Below, one piece after another: positions 9,922-18,969 of a stretch of 64,000 nt of DNA. Under the pieces are notes generated by a model. The model was not told where the DNA came from, made no database searches, and was given only the letters and a program-made list of their open reading frames with translations. This DNA is from Planctomycetota bacterium (GTDB lineage: Bacteria > Planctomycetota > UBA1135 > UBA2386), in assembly GCA_965228735.1 (NCBI GenBank), contig OZ245838.1, positions 2,720,001 through 2,784,000 of the forward strand, read 5' to 3'. The position numbers and the translations under genes are program-made. Position 1 is the first letter of the stretch. The number at the start of each line of letters is the position of its first letter.

Positions 9922-11094
9922 ATGAAGCGCAGCAAAGGCAAGGCCAAGGCCCCTGGGTTTGGCACTCTCGCGATCCACGCCGGGCAGAGCCCCGACCCCA
10001 CCACCGGCGCGATCATGACGCCGATCTTCCAGACGAGCACCTACGTCCAGGAAGCGCCCAACAAGACCAAGGGCTACGATTACTCGCGTTCCGGCAACCC
10101 GACCCGAACCGCGCTCGAGGGCAACCTCGCGGGCCTCGAGGGCGGCGAATGGGGTCTCGCGTTCGCCAGCGGGATGGCCGCGATCACGTGCGTGGTCAAC
10201 CTGCTCGAGCAGGGCGACCACGTGGTCGCGGGCAACGACCTCTACGGTGGCACGTTCCGCCTGCTGCGCACCGTCTACGAGAAGTTCGGCATCGAGACGA
10301 CGTTCGTCGACCTCACCGACCTCGACGAGCTGAAGGCGGCGCTGCGCGACAACACCAAACTCGTGATGCTCGAGACGCCGACGAACCCGCTGCTGCGCTG
10401 CTGCGACCTCGCCGCGATCACGAAGATCTGCCGGCAGAAGGGCATCCTCACGGTCACGGACAACACGTTCGCGACGCCGTACCTGCAGCAGCCGCTCGCG
10501 CTCGGCTCGGACCTCGTCGTGCACAGCACGACGAAGTATCTCGGCGGCCACAGCGACGTCGTCGGCGGCGTGCTCGTCGGCAACGGCATGGCGATGCGCG
10601 AGCGCCTCGCGCACTTCCAGAACTCGTGCGGCGGCACGCCGGGCCCGATGGACTGCTTCCTCGTTCTGCGCGGCACCAAGACGCTGCACGTGCGCATGGA
10701 TCGGCACAGCAGCAGCGCGCTGCAGATCGCGAAGTGGCTCGAGTCCCACCGCAAGGTCGCGCGCGTCTTCTACCCCGGCCTGCCATCGCACGAGACCTAC
10801 AAGACCGCGAAGAAGCAGATGAAGAACGGCGGCGGCATGGTGTCGATCGAGCTGAAGGCGACGGTCGCGCAGGCCAAGCGGTTCATGGCGCGGCTGCAGG
10901 TGTTCTCGCTCGCCGAGAGCCTCGGCGGTGTCGAGAGCCTCGTCGACCACCCCGCGTCGATGACCCACGCGTCGATCCCGAAGAAGGAGCGCAAGAAGGC
11001 CGGGCTCGAGGACGGGCTCGTGCGGCTGTCGGTCGGCATCGAGGACCTCGACGACCTCGTCGCGGACCTCGACCAGGCGCTGCAGAAGCTCTAG
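9922..11094 (+). CDS. PLP-dependent trans-sulfuration enzyme (cystathionine gamma-synthase/gamma-lyase)
   Basis: YSRSGNPT, ETPTNP, DNTFATP, HSTTKYLGGHSDV (PLP Lys), LAESLGGVESL, RLSVGIED. Confidence 0.95.
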   Translation: MKRSKGKAKAPGFGTLAIHAGQSPDPTTGAIMTPIFQTSTYVQEAPNKTKGYDYSRSGNPTRTALEGNLAGLEGGEWGLAFASGMAAITCVVNLLEQGDHVVAGNDLYGGTFRLLRTVYEKFGIETTFVDLTDLDELKAALRDNTKLVMLETPTNPLLRCCDLAAITKICRQKGILTVTDNTFATPYLQQPLALGSDLVVHSTTKYLGGHSDVVGGVLVGNGMAMRERLAHFQNSCGGTPGPMDCFLVLRGTKTLHVRMDRHSSSALQIAKWLESHRKVARVFYPGLPSHETYKTAKKQMKNGGGMVSIELKATVAQAKRFMARLQVFSLAESLGGVESLVDHPASMTHASIPKKERKKAGLEDGLVRLSVGIEDLDDLVADLDQALQKL

Positions 11095-11121
11095 TGAACA
11101 TACCGAACCCGGTAAGTTCAC
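11094..11121. terminator. Hairpin between convergent genes (possible terminator)
   Basis: GTGAACATACCG-AACC-CGGTAAGTTCAC, 11 of 12 pairs matched; no U-tract. Confidence 0.4.
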
Positions 11122-11230
11122 GGACACACTGGCCGGATGTACCGGTGGCGCGATGCGCGTCCGGGTCCTTCTCCCAGTGACCTCGGCCTTCTTCTCCGAG
11201 GGCAGCCGTCGGCCGCTGCAGGCGTTCGCG

Positions 11231-11623
11231 TCAGGCGGTGCCCTGAGCCTCGTTCGCCGAGGGCGGGTCCGACATCGGCTTGCTCAGGCGCGGCGACGGC
11301 GCATCGTCGTCGTCGTCGAGCCGGAGGTTGCCGACGTCCTCGCCCGAGACCTTCTTGCGCATGAGCCGACCGACCTTGAACTTGACGATGCGCTTGGCCG
11401 GGACCGGCACCTTCTCGAGCGTGCGCGGGTTCTGCGCCAGGCGGGCAGCGCGTTCTCGCGACTCGAACACACCGAACTCACGAAACTCCAGCCGGTTGCC
11501 GGCGGCGAGCTCATCGATGATCGAGTTGAGGAAGGATTGGATCACTTCCTTCGCGACCACCTTGGTGACCCCGGTCTTGTCCGCGATCCGGTGAACCAAC
11601 TCCTTCTTGGTAATCGTCTTCAA
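11231..11623 (-). CDS. HU/IHF family DNA-binding protein with acidic C-terminal tail
   Basis: ITKKELV...LEFREFGVFE...AQNPRTLEKVPVPAKRIVKFKVG; TTG start. Confidence 0.93.
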   Translation of the reverse strand: MKTITKKELVHRIADKTGVTKVVAKEVIQSFLNSIIDELAAGNRLEFREFGVFESRERAARLAQNPRTLEKVPVPAKRIVKFKVGRLMRKKVSGEDVGNLRLDDDDDAPSPRLSKPMSDPPSANEAQGTA

Positions 11624-11778
11624 AACGTAGCCTCCGACTGACCCAGGCAGTCACCCCGCCCGAGATGAGACGAGGGTTGCGGATTCCGGTCCGCGTGAGC
11701 CGGGTGGCTCCTGAGCAACAAGTCGTGCCCGACTATACTCTTGTGGAGACAGTGTCGACAAGCATCCCCAGTCAATTG

Positions 11779-12486
11779 GTGCAAGTTCGCGGCGGACCGC
11801 AAGTTCCGGCCTGGGCGGATTTGCCGGTCGACTGGAAGTGCCTTGGCGACCGTGGTTTCGGGGATTCCGTGACGAATCACCGCAGCTCGTGGGTCCGCCG
11901 GCTGCAGGTCCCCGGCCTCGATCTGCACGTCAAGACCTACGACTACCCGTGGGGCCGCGACCGCTGGCGCGGGATCTGTCGTAACACCGGACCATGGAAC
12001 GAGTCCCGTGCGGCGCGCGAGTTCGACGCCCTGACCTGGCTCGCGGCCCACGCGCCGGCCCCCGCCGCGACCCCGGTCGCGGTGTTCGAGCACCGGCGCC
12101 TCGGCGTGCTGCACCGCGCCGTGCTGCTCACCGAGACGCACCCGGGGGAACCGCTGTCGACCCTGCTCCCGCGGCTCTCGAACGCCGACGAGCGGACCGC
12201 GCTCGCGCGCGAGCTCGGCGCGTTCGTCAGGAGGTTGCACGAACTCGGCTTCCGCGACGGCAACCTCGACCTGCGGAACGTGCTCGCCCAGCGGGCCCAG
12301 GGGACGCAGAAGACCTCGGATCACGCGGGCGTGACCTGGCAGTTCGCCAAGATCGATTCGCCACGCTACCGCGTGCGCCGCCCGGGCCCGACTCCGGACG
12401 CGCGCACCGAGGCCGACTGGCAACGCCTGCTGCCGCAGCTGGAGCCGCTCGGACTCGCGGCTGCCGCGCGCGCCGCCCCGACGTGA
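11779..12486 (+). CDS. Lipopolysaccharide kinase (Kdo/WaaP)-like protein; start uncertain (11665, 11752 or 11779)
   Basis: HVKTY, SRAAREF, VLLTE, LHELGFRDGNLDLRNVL, KIDS; TATACT at 11734-11739 may be a -10 box. Confidence 0.75.
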   Translation: MQVRGGPQVPAWADLPVDWKCLGDRGFGDSVTNHRSSWVRRLQVPGLDLHVKTYDYPWGRDRWRGICRNTGPWNESRAAREFDALTWLAAHAPAPAATPVAVFEHRRLGVLHRAVLLTETHPGEPLSTLLPRLSNADERTALARELGAFVRRLHELGFRDGNLDLRNVLAQRAQGTQKTSDHAGVTWQFAKIDSPRYRVRRPGPTPDARTEADWQRLLPQLEPLGLAAAARAAPT

Positions 12487-12552
12487 TGCCCCGACCCTGA
12501 TGCCCCGACCCTGATGCGCCGACCCTGATGCCGCGACCCTGATGCCGCGACC
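12484..12552. repeat. Tandem array of about five 14-bp units
   Basis: CTGATGC(C/G)(C/G)CGACC repeated, filling the gap between two convergent stop codons. Confidence 0.9.
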
Positions 12553-13652
12553 TACTGCTGCAGCCGCAGGTCGTCGAGCGTCGGCGCCTTCGCGGGTGCG
12601 GGGCCGAGGACCGCGGCGATCCGCTCGAGGCGGTAGGGCACGGCGAGCACGCGCTCGAATGCCTCGTGACCATCGGCCGCTTCGTCGCCGCGCGCGAGGT
12701 AGTAGCGGAACGCGGCCCGCGCCCTGGGCCACCACACGCGGCGCTCTTCGTCGCCTTCGTTCTGCGGCATCGCGTCGTAGTAGATCAGACCGATGTTGAG
12801 AGCAGCTCGCGCCGAGTCCGGGTCGAGCTCGAGGACCTGCACGTAGGTGCTCAACGCCTCGCGCGGGCGCTCGGCCTGCCACAGCGCCGCCGCCCGATGC
12901 ATGCGCAGCTCGACGTCGTTCGGCGCCCGGGCCTCGAGCGTTTCGAGCAGCTCGAGCGCGCGATCGATGCGCACGATGCGATAGATCAGCATCGCCGCGT
13001 ATTCGCGCATCACGAGGTAGTCGGTCGGCTGCTGATCGAGGAACGCCTCGTAGTCCCGCGCGGCGCGCGCGTACTTGCCGAGCGCCGTGTAGGCCCGCGC
13101 GCGGTCGAGGTAGGCCTCGTGCAGCGTCGGGTCATTGACGAGCGCCGCGGTGAACGCGTCGACGGCTCCGGCGAACTGCCCCTGCCCGCGCTTCACGCGG
13201 CCGAGCGAGAGGTGGGCCCAGCCGAACGACGGATGCTCCGCCAGGATCTCGGCGAGCGCCTGTCCCTTGTCGTAGGACGTCGCCTTGAGGCGCGCCGCGA
13301 CGTAGGGCCCGACCGGCGAATCGCGCTCCGGCAGCTCCACGCGGTAGTAGCGTCGCATCTCGGCCTCGGACTCGCCACCGATCGACAGCGCCGCGTCCTG
13401 GTAGGCCAGGTGCGCACGCACGAGATCCGGGCTCTCGCGCACGACGACGCTGAGCAGCCCCCACGCGGCCTCGGGATCGCCGGCCTCGACGAAGCCGCGC
13501 GCCTCGTCCCACTGCGCGGCGACCGCGGGCGCGGGCTCGGCGTAGATCTTCGGGTCCGGCGCGCCGAGCGCGCGCGTCGGCCCGACGCAAGCGGGCGCGA
13601 GCATGCCGGCGATGCACAGCGCCAGCGCGGCAACCGAACGCAGTGGGCTCAC
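12552..13652 (-). CDS. Tetratricopeptide-repeat lipoprotein
   Basis: Lipobox-like APAC; TPR helices AHLSLGRV, AYLDRARAY, AALNIGLIYY. Confidence 0.85.
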   Translation of the reverse strand: MSPLRSVAALALCIAGMLAPACVGPTRALGAPDPKIYAEPAPAVAAQWDEARGFVEAGDPEAAWGLLSVVVRESPDLVRAHLAYQDAALSIGGESEAEMRRYYRVELPERDSPVGPYVAARLKATSYDKGQALAEILAEHPSFGWAHLSLGRVKRGQGQFAGAVDAFTAALVNDPTLHEAYLDRARAYTALGKYARAARDYEAFLDQQPTDYLVMREYAAMLIYRIVRIDRALELLETLEARAPNDVELRMHRAAALWQAERPREALSTYVQVLELDPDSARAALNIGLIYYDAMPQNEGDEERRVWWPRARAAFRYYLARGDEAADGHEAFERVLAVPYRLERIAAVLGPAPAKAPTLDDLRLQQ

Positions 13653-14197
13653 GATCGCGTCAGCTGACCGTCCTCGATGACGAACTCGCGCGGTTCCTTC
13701 ACGTCGCGCGTCCCGCGCAGGCGGACGAACACGTTGCGCTCGCCCTCCGCCCTGGTGTCGAGCGTCAGCGCGTGCGTGCCCTGGTAGATCCGCAGCCGCA
13801 CCTCGTTGATCACGGTGAACGTCGTGCGCATGCCGCGCGGCTGCCCGGGCTCCGTGATGTCCGGCGGCGCGCCGACCGACACGATGAACGGCGTCTCCGC
13901 GCGCCCGAGCGTGTTGGTCCAGATCTTGTCGATGTAGGTCCCGTCCGGCGCGCCCTCATGCCGCAGCGTGTGCGCCTGCGGATCCGTCGCCGGCTGGAAC
14001 ACGTACTCGTTGAAGTTGCCCGTCAGCTCGATGAGCAGCGTGTTGCAGCCGACCTCGGTGCCGGTCAGGTAGGGCCGCAGGAGCCGTTCGGTCTCCGCCG
14101 CGATCTGCCCCGGATCGGCCGGCGCGCCGCTCGCGCACGCGCCCAGCAGAACCAGCAGCCCGAGTGCGCCCCGCATCGACTTTTGTGATCTCGCCAT
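13649..14197 (-). CDS. Hypothetical lipoprotein
   Basis: MRGALGLLVLLGAC lipobox; 4-nt overlap with the TPR gene. Confidence 0.75.
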   Translation of the reverse strand: MARSQKSMRGALGLLVLLGACASGAPADPGQIAAETERLLRPYLTGTEVGCNTLLIELTGNFNEYVFQPATDPQAHTLRHEGAPDGTYIDKIWTNTLGRAETPFIVSVGAPPDITEPGQPRGMRTTFTVINEVRLRIYQGTHALTLDTRAEGERNVFVRLRGTRDVKEPREFVIEDGQLTRS

Positions 14198-14239
14198 TCG
14201 TATCCTCAGTTTGCGCCCTCACGTTTCGCGCGTCCAGTC

Positions 14240-14339
14240 ATGGCGGTACCGAACCCGCTTCAAATCCGCCACTGCCCAGCCTGCGCAACCGGCGTTCCGC
14301 CGCGTCGCTGGCGTAGTTTGCCCGTGGCGGATTCGAAGC
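14240..14339. repeat. Palindromic element; left arm intact, right arm split by the intron and continuing at 16332-16348
   Basis: Left arm ATGGCGGTACCGAACCCGCTTCAAATCCGCCAC (14240-14272). The rejoined right arm 14324-14339 + 16332-16348 is its reverse complement at 32 of 33 positions. Confidence 0.9.
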
Positions 14340-16331
14340 GCCGGGTGGCCCTGGGGGTCTCCCCCCAGGGCTCCCACAGATCCGGACGTGCGCGGCTAAC
14401 GCATCCGGCTCGTCAGCGACAAGGGCTCGCTGCGTAGACCGACCGGGTCAGCCGGGGCGGAGGAAGCGGGTATGCACGCAGCAGTTGCTCGAAGCGGGCC
14501 CACGACATGTAGGCCGCCCGCGAGCGCCGGCTCAGCCACCGATGCCAGATGCGACGGGCCTCGTACCATACGCGACGTAACGCAGCAGAGTTGCCGGTCA
14601 CGCCGAAGTAGAGGTAGTGCCCCCGTAGCTTCGAGCACAGGGTGGAGTACTGGACGCGGACCTTGTCGTGCCGATTGCGACGGCACCAATCCCGTAGCCC
14701 AGTCAGGGTACGGGTCACGACGTGTCGTGTGGTGCGCCGCTGCACGGTCCATCGGCCGCGCCGGGAGCGTGACCAGTGATGGGTGAAGCCCAGGAAGTCG
14801 AAAGTGCCGCTCCCCGCCGCGCCGTCTTCGGGCGGTTGGAAGCGGACTAACCGGGTCTTGTCCGGATGCAGTGTGAGGCCGAAGCGCCCGAGCCTTTGGG
14901 CCAGGATCGACGACATCGCACGTGCATCGGCTTCGACGGCAAACAGGATCACGAAGTCGTCCGCATAGCGGACCAACTCCGCGCGACCGGCAAGCCTCGG
15001 CTTGACTTCCTCGACAAACCAACGGTCCAGCACTGCGTGCAAATAGATGTTCGCCAGCAGCGGCGAAATCACGCCTCCTTGTGGGGTGCCTTTGCGAGAG
15101 CGATGCAGCGCACCGTCCTCCTGCACCCCCGCCTTCAGCCACTTGTCGATCAGTCGACGGAACACTCCGTCGCGCACCCGCTGGTCGAGGATCGCTCGCA
15201 GATGGGTCGGCTCCAGGTTGTCGAAGAAACCTTGGATGTCGACTTCCAACAGCCAGCCGCCACCCATCGACATCGCATGCTTCCAAAGCGATTCCAGTGC
15301 CGTGTGCGGCGAGCGACCGGGACGGAAGCCGTGCGAGCAGTCCAAGAAGTCCTGCTCATATACCGCCTCCATCACTTGCGTCACCGCCCGCTGCAAGACC
15401 TTGTCCTCCAGCGTCGGCACTCCGATTGGACGCGTGCCACCCTTCCCTTTCGGGATGTGCACGCGCCGGACCGGTGGTGCGCGATAGCGCCCTGACTTCG
15501 CGCGTTCGTGCAGGTCCGCGAGGTTGCCCTCGAGATCCTGCTCGTAGTCGCGAGCCGTGACGCCGTCGACACCAGGAGCTTTGGACTTCTGCGTGCGGCG
15601 ATACGCCTCCCGCAGAAGCGCGATGTCCATGTGGTGTGCCAGTGTGGTCAGGACCAGGTCTGGTCGCTGCCTCGCCAGCTCCGCTACCCGCCGGAGTTTC
15701 GTGGAGACCTGCTCGGAGCCCGTCGTCTCCGTGGTCGGTCCGTCCAGCGGTTCCTTGTCGCCGGTGACGCCCTTCCCTCCGCCGGGTCCCCGTGGGGCGG
15801 GTTCCCCGGACTCTTTGGTACTATGACGCACTCCGACTCCCTCGTTGGCGTCCCGCGTCGCTTCGTTTCCTTCGCTCGGCGGTACCGGCCGTGTGTCCGG
15901 ATTCCTTGACGGCACCGACGCGGACACGACGTCGCGGCCCTGGAGAGTTGGTTTCCGGGCCCCAGCCGGAGTTGACGATCGGACCAATCGAGGGGATCCC
16001 AGGTTCCTGGGGAGTCCGATGGATGCGTGCGGTCGTTCTCAGGACCCCGGAGAGACTTCCGGGCCAAGCCGGTTGCGGCCCTTCCATGTTGCCTTCCGAT
16101 GAACCCACCACGTCGGCTCTCTCGCTGTCGGTACTTTCGGGGCTCAGTCGCGCCGCCCACATCCTCGCTGTCTACGCTTCGCAGCGGCGGTTACCCGGTC
16201 GCCACGCAAGACTCGCTTCCGGCTGGTGGCTAGCCTTCGCCGGGCGGGTTTCGTCACCCGCGGGACTCCAATACGGGGTTCTCATTCCTGTCAGGTCATG
16301 ATTTCTCCCGTCCAGGCTTCGCCTGGCGCAA
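14340..16331 (-). mobile_element. Group II intron (IIB-type, probably bacterial class E), ~1992 nt
   Basis: 5' end TTGCGCC at 16331; domain V GAGCCGGATGCG...CACGTCCGGATC at 14411-14379; domain VI ending CCACCCGGC at 14340; EBS1/EBS2 match the 5' exon; internal RT ORF. The class is inferred from the IEP N-terminus and the TTGCG start. Confidence 0.93.
14413..15747 (-). CDS. ltrA: Group II intron reverse transcriptase/maturase without endonuclease domain; start uncertain
   Basis: APGVDG, RPIGVPTLEDKVLQ, SHGFRPGRS, VDIQGFFD, GTPQGGVISPLLANIYL, RYADD, FDFLGF, LRGHYLYF (X domain); stop immediately before domain V. Confidence 0.95.
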   Translation of the reverse strand: MDGPTTETTGSEQVSTKLRRVAELARQRPDLVLTTLAHHMDIALLREAYRRTQKSKAPGVDGVTARDYEQDLEGNLADLHERAKSGRYRAPPVRRVHIPKGKGGTRPIGVPTLEDKVLQRAVTQVMEAVYEQDFLDCSHGFRPGRSPHTALESLWKHAMSMGGGWLLEVDIQGFFDNLEPTHLRAILDQRVRDGVFRRLIDKWLKAGVQEDGALHRSRKGTPQGGVISPLLANIYLHAVLDRWFVEEVKPRLAGRAELVRYADDFVILFAVEADARAMSSILAQRLGRFGLTLHPDKTRLVRFQPPEDGAAGSGTFDFLGFTHHWSRSRRGRWTVQRRTTRHVVTRTLTGLRDWCRRNRHDKVRVQYSTLCSKLRGHYLYFGVTGNSAALRRVWYEARRIWHRWLSRRSRAAYMSWARFEQLLRAYPLPPPRLTRSVYAASPCR

Positions 16332-16348
16332 GGGTTCGGTACCGCCAT

Positions 16349-17335
16349 CTAGTTGCGGGGGCCGCGGATGCCGACCGCGTCGCGCACGAGGGCCATGGTC
16401 TCTTCGGCCGCGGTGCGCGCCTTCTGGGCGCCGTGGGCCAGGATCTCGTCGAGTTCGTCCGGGCGCTCGCGCAGCTCGTTCGCGCGTTCGCGGATCGGGC
16501 CCTTCACGGCCTCGAGGTTGCTGGCGAGCCTGCCCTTGCAGTCGACGCAACCGAGCGCGGCGCTGCGGCAGCCCTCGGCGATGTCCGCGCGCTCGGCCTC
16601 GGACGAGAAGAACCCGTGGTAGGCGTAGATGTTGCAGACCTCGGGCGTGCCCGGGTCCTTGCGCTGCACCCGCGCCGGGTCGGTCTTGGCCGAGCGCAGC
16701 TTCTTCAGCGTCTGCTCGGGGGTCTCGAACAGCCCGATCTCGTTGCCCTTGCTCTTGCTCATCTTGGACTCGCCGTCGAGGCCCATGACGCGCGGGGCGT
16801 TGCTCTTCACGACCTTCGGCTCGGGGAAGACCTTCTCGTAGATCGCGTTGAACCGCCGCACGGTCTCGCGCGCGAGCTCGAGGTGCTGGTTCTGGTCGTC
16901 GCCGACGGGCACGGCCTCGGCGCGATAGAGCACGATGTCGGCCGTCTGCAGCACGGGATACGTGAACAGTCCGGCGTTGATGTTGTCGGGCTGCTGCGCG
17001 CTCTTGTCCTTGAACTGCGTCATGCGGTTGAGGTCGCCGAGCTGCGTGAGGCAGGTCAGGATCCAGGACAGCTCGACGTGCTGCGGCACCGCGGATTGGA
17101 CGAACAGCGTCGCCTTCTCCGGGTCGACGCCGCTCGCGAGCACGCCGATCGCGACCTCGCGCACGGCGTTCCTCAGCACGTCCGCGGCAGGCCGCTGCGT
17201 CAGCGCGTGCAGATCGACGATGCAGAAGAACGACTCGTATTGCTCCTGCAGCTCGACCCAGTTGACGATCGCGCCGAGGTAGTTGCCGATGTGCAGATTG
17301 CCGGTCGGCTGGACGCCTGACATGGTTCGGACCAT
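16349..17335 (-). CDS. trpS: Tryptophan--tRNA ligase
   Basis: SGVQPTGNLHIGNYLG, YPVLQTADI, VPVGDDQ, KMSKS. Confidence 0.98.
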   Translation of the reverse strand: MVRTMSGVQPTGNLHIGNYLGAIVNWVELQEQYESFFCIVDLHALTQRPAADVLRNAVREVAIGVLASGVDPEKATLFVQSAVPQHVELSWILTCLTQLGDLNRMTQFKDKSAQQPDNINAGLFTYPVLQTADIVLYRAEAVPVGDDQNQHLELARETVRRFNAIYEKVFPEPKVVKSNAPRVMGLDGESKMSKSKGNEIGLFETPEQTLKKLRSAKTDPARVQRKDPGTPEVCNIYAYHGFFSSEAERADIAEGCRSAALGCVDCKGRLASNLEAVKGPIRERANELRERPDELDEILAHGAQKARTAAEETMALVRDAVGIRGPRN

Positions 17336-17502
17336 GGCTGCCGGTATAGCCGGCACGAATTCGGTCACAACGGCGGACGTGAGAATGCGCTGAGGCCTGC
17401 CCCCGAGCCGCCCGCCATTCCCCGGTTTCCCAACTCGACCCGGCCCGCCCCGGCAGTATGTTCCCTGGCCAAGAGATGGCGCGTCGAAGCCGCACCCCAG
17501 TC

Positions 17503-18969
17503 ATGTGGATCCAGCGGGTCGCGGCCCTGCTGCTGCTCGTCGTGCTGTCGTCGTGCTCGCTGATGCCGCGCGAGCTCAACCTGACGCCGATCTGGTTCCA
17601 CCGGCTCGACGAGGACGGCACCCTGCTCGAGTGCGACTTCCTCTGGCCGATCGTGCACTACGAGCAGACGCCGGAGGGCGGCGACGATTTCCGCATCCGG
17701 CCGCTCTACCGGCGCGTGACGGAGTCCGAGGATCTCAACGTCGGCGAGGGCGCGGCGGTCGAGCACCAGTTCCTCGTGCCGTTCGGGCGGGTCCGGCAGG
17801 ACGCCGGTGAGACGTCGCACCGACTGTGGCCGCTCTGGAGCTGGCGCGCGCACCGCAACGAGGTCGGCGAGTGCGACGTCGACTGGTACTTCCTGTTCCC
17901 GTTCTTCTGGGGCGGCTGGAGCGCGGACGGGCGCGAGGACTACTTCGCGTTCTTCCCGTTCTACGCGGACATCCCGCAGTTCCTCACGTGGGACCGCTTC
18001 CAGGCGATCCTGTTCCCGCTGTATCTGCGGCTCGACAAGGAAGGGCACCGCCACTTCATGTTCCTGTGGCCGCTCATCGGCACGAGCTCGTGCGCGGAGA
18101 ACGGCCACCAACGCTTCCACTTCTACCCGTTCTACGGGCACGACATCGATCCCGGCATCCACGACCGGCGGTTCGTCTTGTGGCCGTTCATCAGCTGGAG
18201 CACGGAGCTGCAGGACACCGACTCGCCGGTCGACAGCTACTGGTTCTGGCCGTTCGCCGCGTGGCGCACGGGCCGCGACGTCGGCGGCTGGAGCGTGCTG
18301 TGGCCGTTCTTCTCGCACACCTGGAAGAACGACCACTTCACGATCCTGCATCTGTTCTGGCCCTTGTTCCACTACTACTACAACCGCGCGCAGGACGAGG
18401 TCACGACGTGGTGGCTCTGGCCGTTCTTCGCGCGCACGAAGAGCACGGACCAGGACAGCTGGTCGGCGCTGTGGCCGCTGATCTGGTGGCGGCGCTACGA
18501 CGATCCCGATGGTGTCACCGAGCAACAGTGGGTGCTGCCGTTCTTCTGGCACATCCGGATGGACAACCACGACGGCACCAGCGAGGACCACACCAAGATC
18601 TGGCCGCTCTGGCATCGCACGGTGCACAAGGACGCAGACGGCAACATCGTCAAGGGTGACTCGAGCCTGCTGTCGCCGCTGCCCGTGCGCGGCAGCAGCG
18701 CGGCCGGCCTGCAGGAGACCTACGGCTTCCTCTGGGAGCTCGCGGTGTCGCGCCAGCGCGGTCCCGACGACCACTCGTTCGACGTGCTCGGCCGCGCCTA
18801 CACCGAACGCGAGCGCAACGGCTCGAAGACGAGCAGCGTGCCGTTCCTGTTCAACTACGAACGCAGCAGCTCCGGGCAGCGCACGCTGCGGCTGTTCCAG
18901 TTCCTCCCGATCCCGCTCGGCGGCGGCGACGGCGACGAAATCGAGACCCCGGAGGACACGGCTCAGTGA
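17503..18969 (+). CDS. Uncharacterised lipoprotein with about 18-20 aromatic-Pro (LWPLF-type) repeats
   Basis: MWIQRVAALLLLVVLSSC lipobox; repeats FLWPIV, LWPLW, FLFPFFW, FFPFY, LFPLY, LWPFF and others; stop overlaps the mlaE start. Confidence 0.85.
   Translation: MWIQRVAALLLLVVLSSCSLMPRELNLTPIWFHRLDEDGTLLECDFLWPIVHYEQTPEGGDDFRIRPLYRRVTESEDLNVGEGAAVEHQFLVPFGRVRQDAGETSHRLWPLWSWRAHRNEVGECDVDWYFLFPFFWGGWSADGREDYFAFFPFYADIPQFLTWDRFQAILFPLYLRLDKEGHRHFMFLWPLIGTSSCAENGHQRFHFYPFYGHDIDPGIHDRRFVLWPFISWSTELQDTDSPVDSYWFWPFAAWRTGRDVGGWSVLWPFFSHTWKNDHFTILHLFWPLFHYYYNRAQDEVTTWWLWPFFARTKSTDQDSWSALWPLIWWRRYDDPDGVTEQQWVLPFFWHIRMDNHDGTSEDHTKIWPLWHRTVHKDADGNIVKGDSSLLSPLPVRGSSAAGLQETYGFLWELAVSRQRGPDDHSFDVLGRAYTERERNGSKTSSVPFLFNYERSSSGQRTLRLFQFLPIPLGGGDGDEIETPEDTAQ

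Noticed and set aside
11094..11121. TACCGAACCC as another repeat-family copy or intron target
   Set aside because: It matches IBS1 but only part of IBS2, and lacks the TTCR continuation and long arms. A simple hairpin explains it better.
6972..11180. Very long alternative ORFs (also 1821-4244, 23149-26709, 33500-37285, 39721-44004, 44188-46962, 59477-62074)
   Set aside because: They are antisense or frame-shifted shadows of real genes, expected from stop-codon scarcity at high GC, and have no recognisable motifs.
12484..12552. 14-bp array as CRISPR or plasmid iterons
   Set aside because: There are no spacers and no rep gene, and the context is chromosomal housekeeping.
14413..15987. RT as a retron, DGR or defence-associated RT
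   Set aside because: It is flanked by clear group II domains V/VI and a TTGCG 5' end, and has a maturase X domain. No template/variable repeat pair was seen. The ORF extension to 15987 runs through ribozyme domains.
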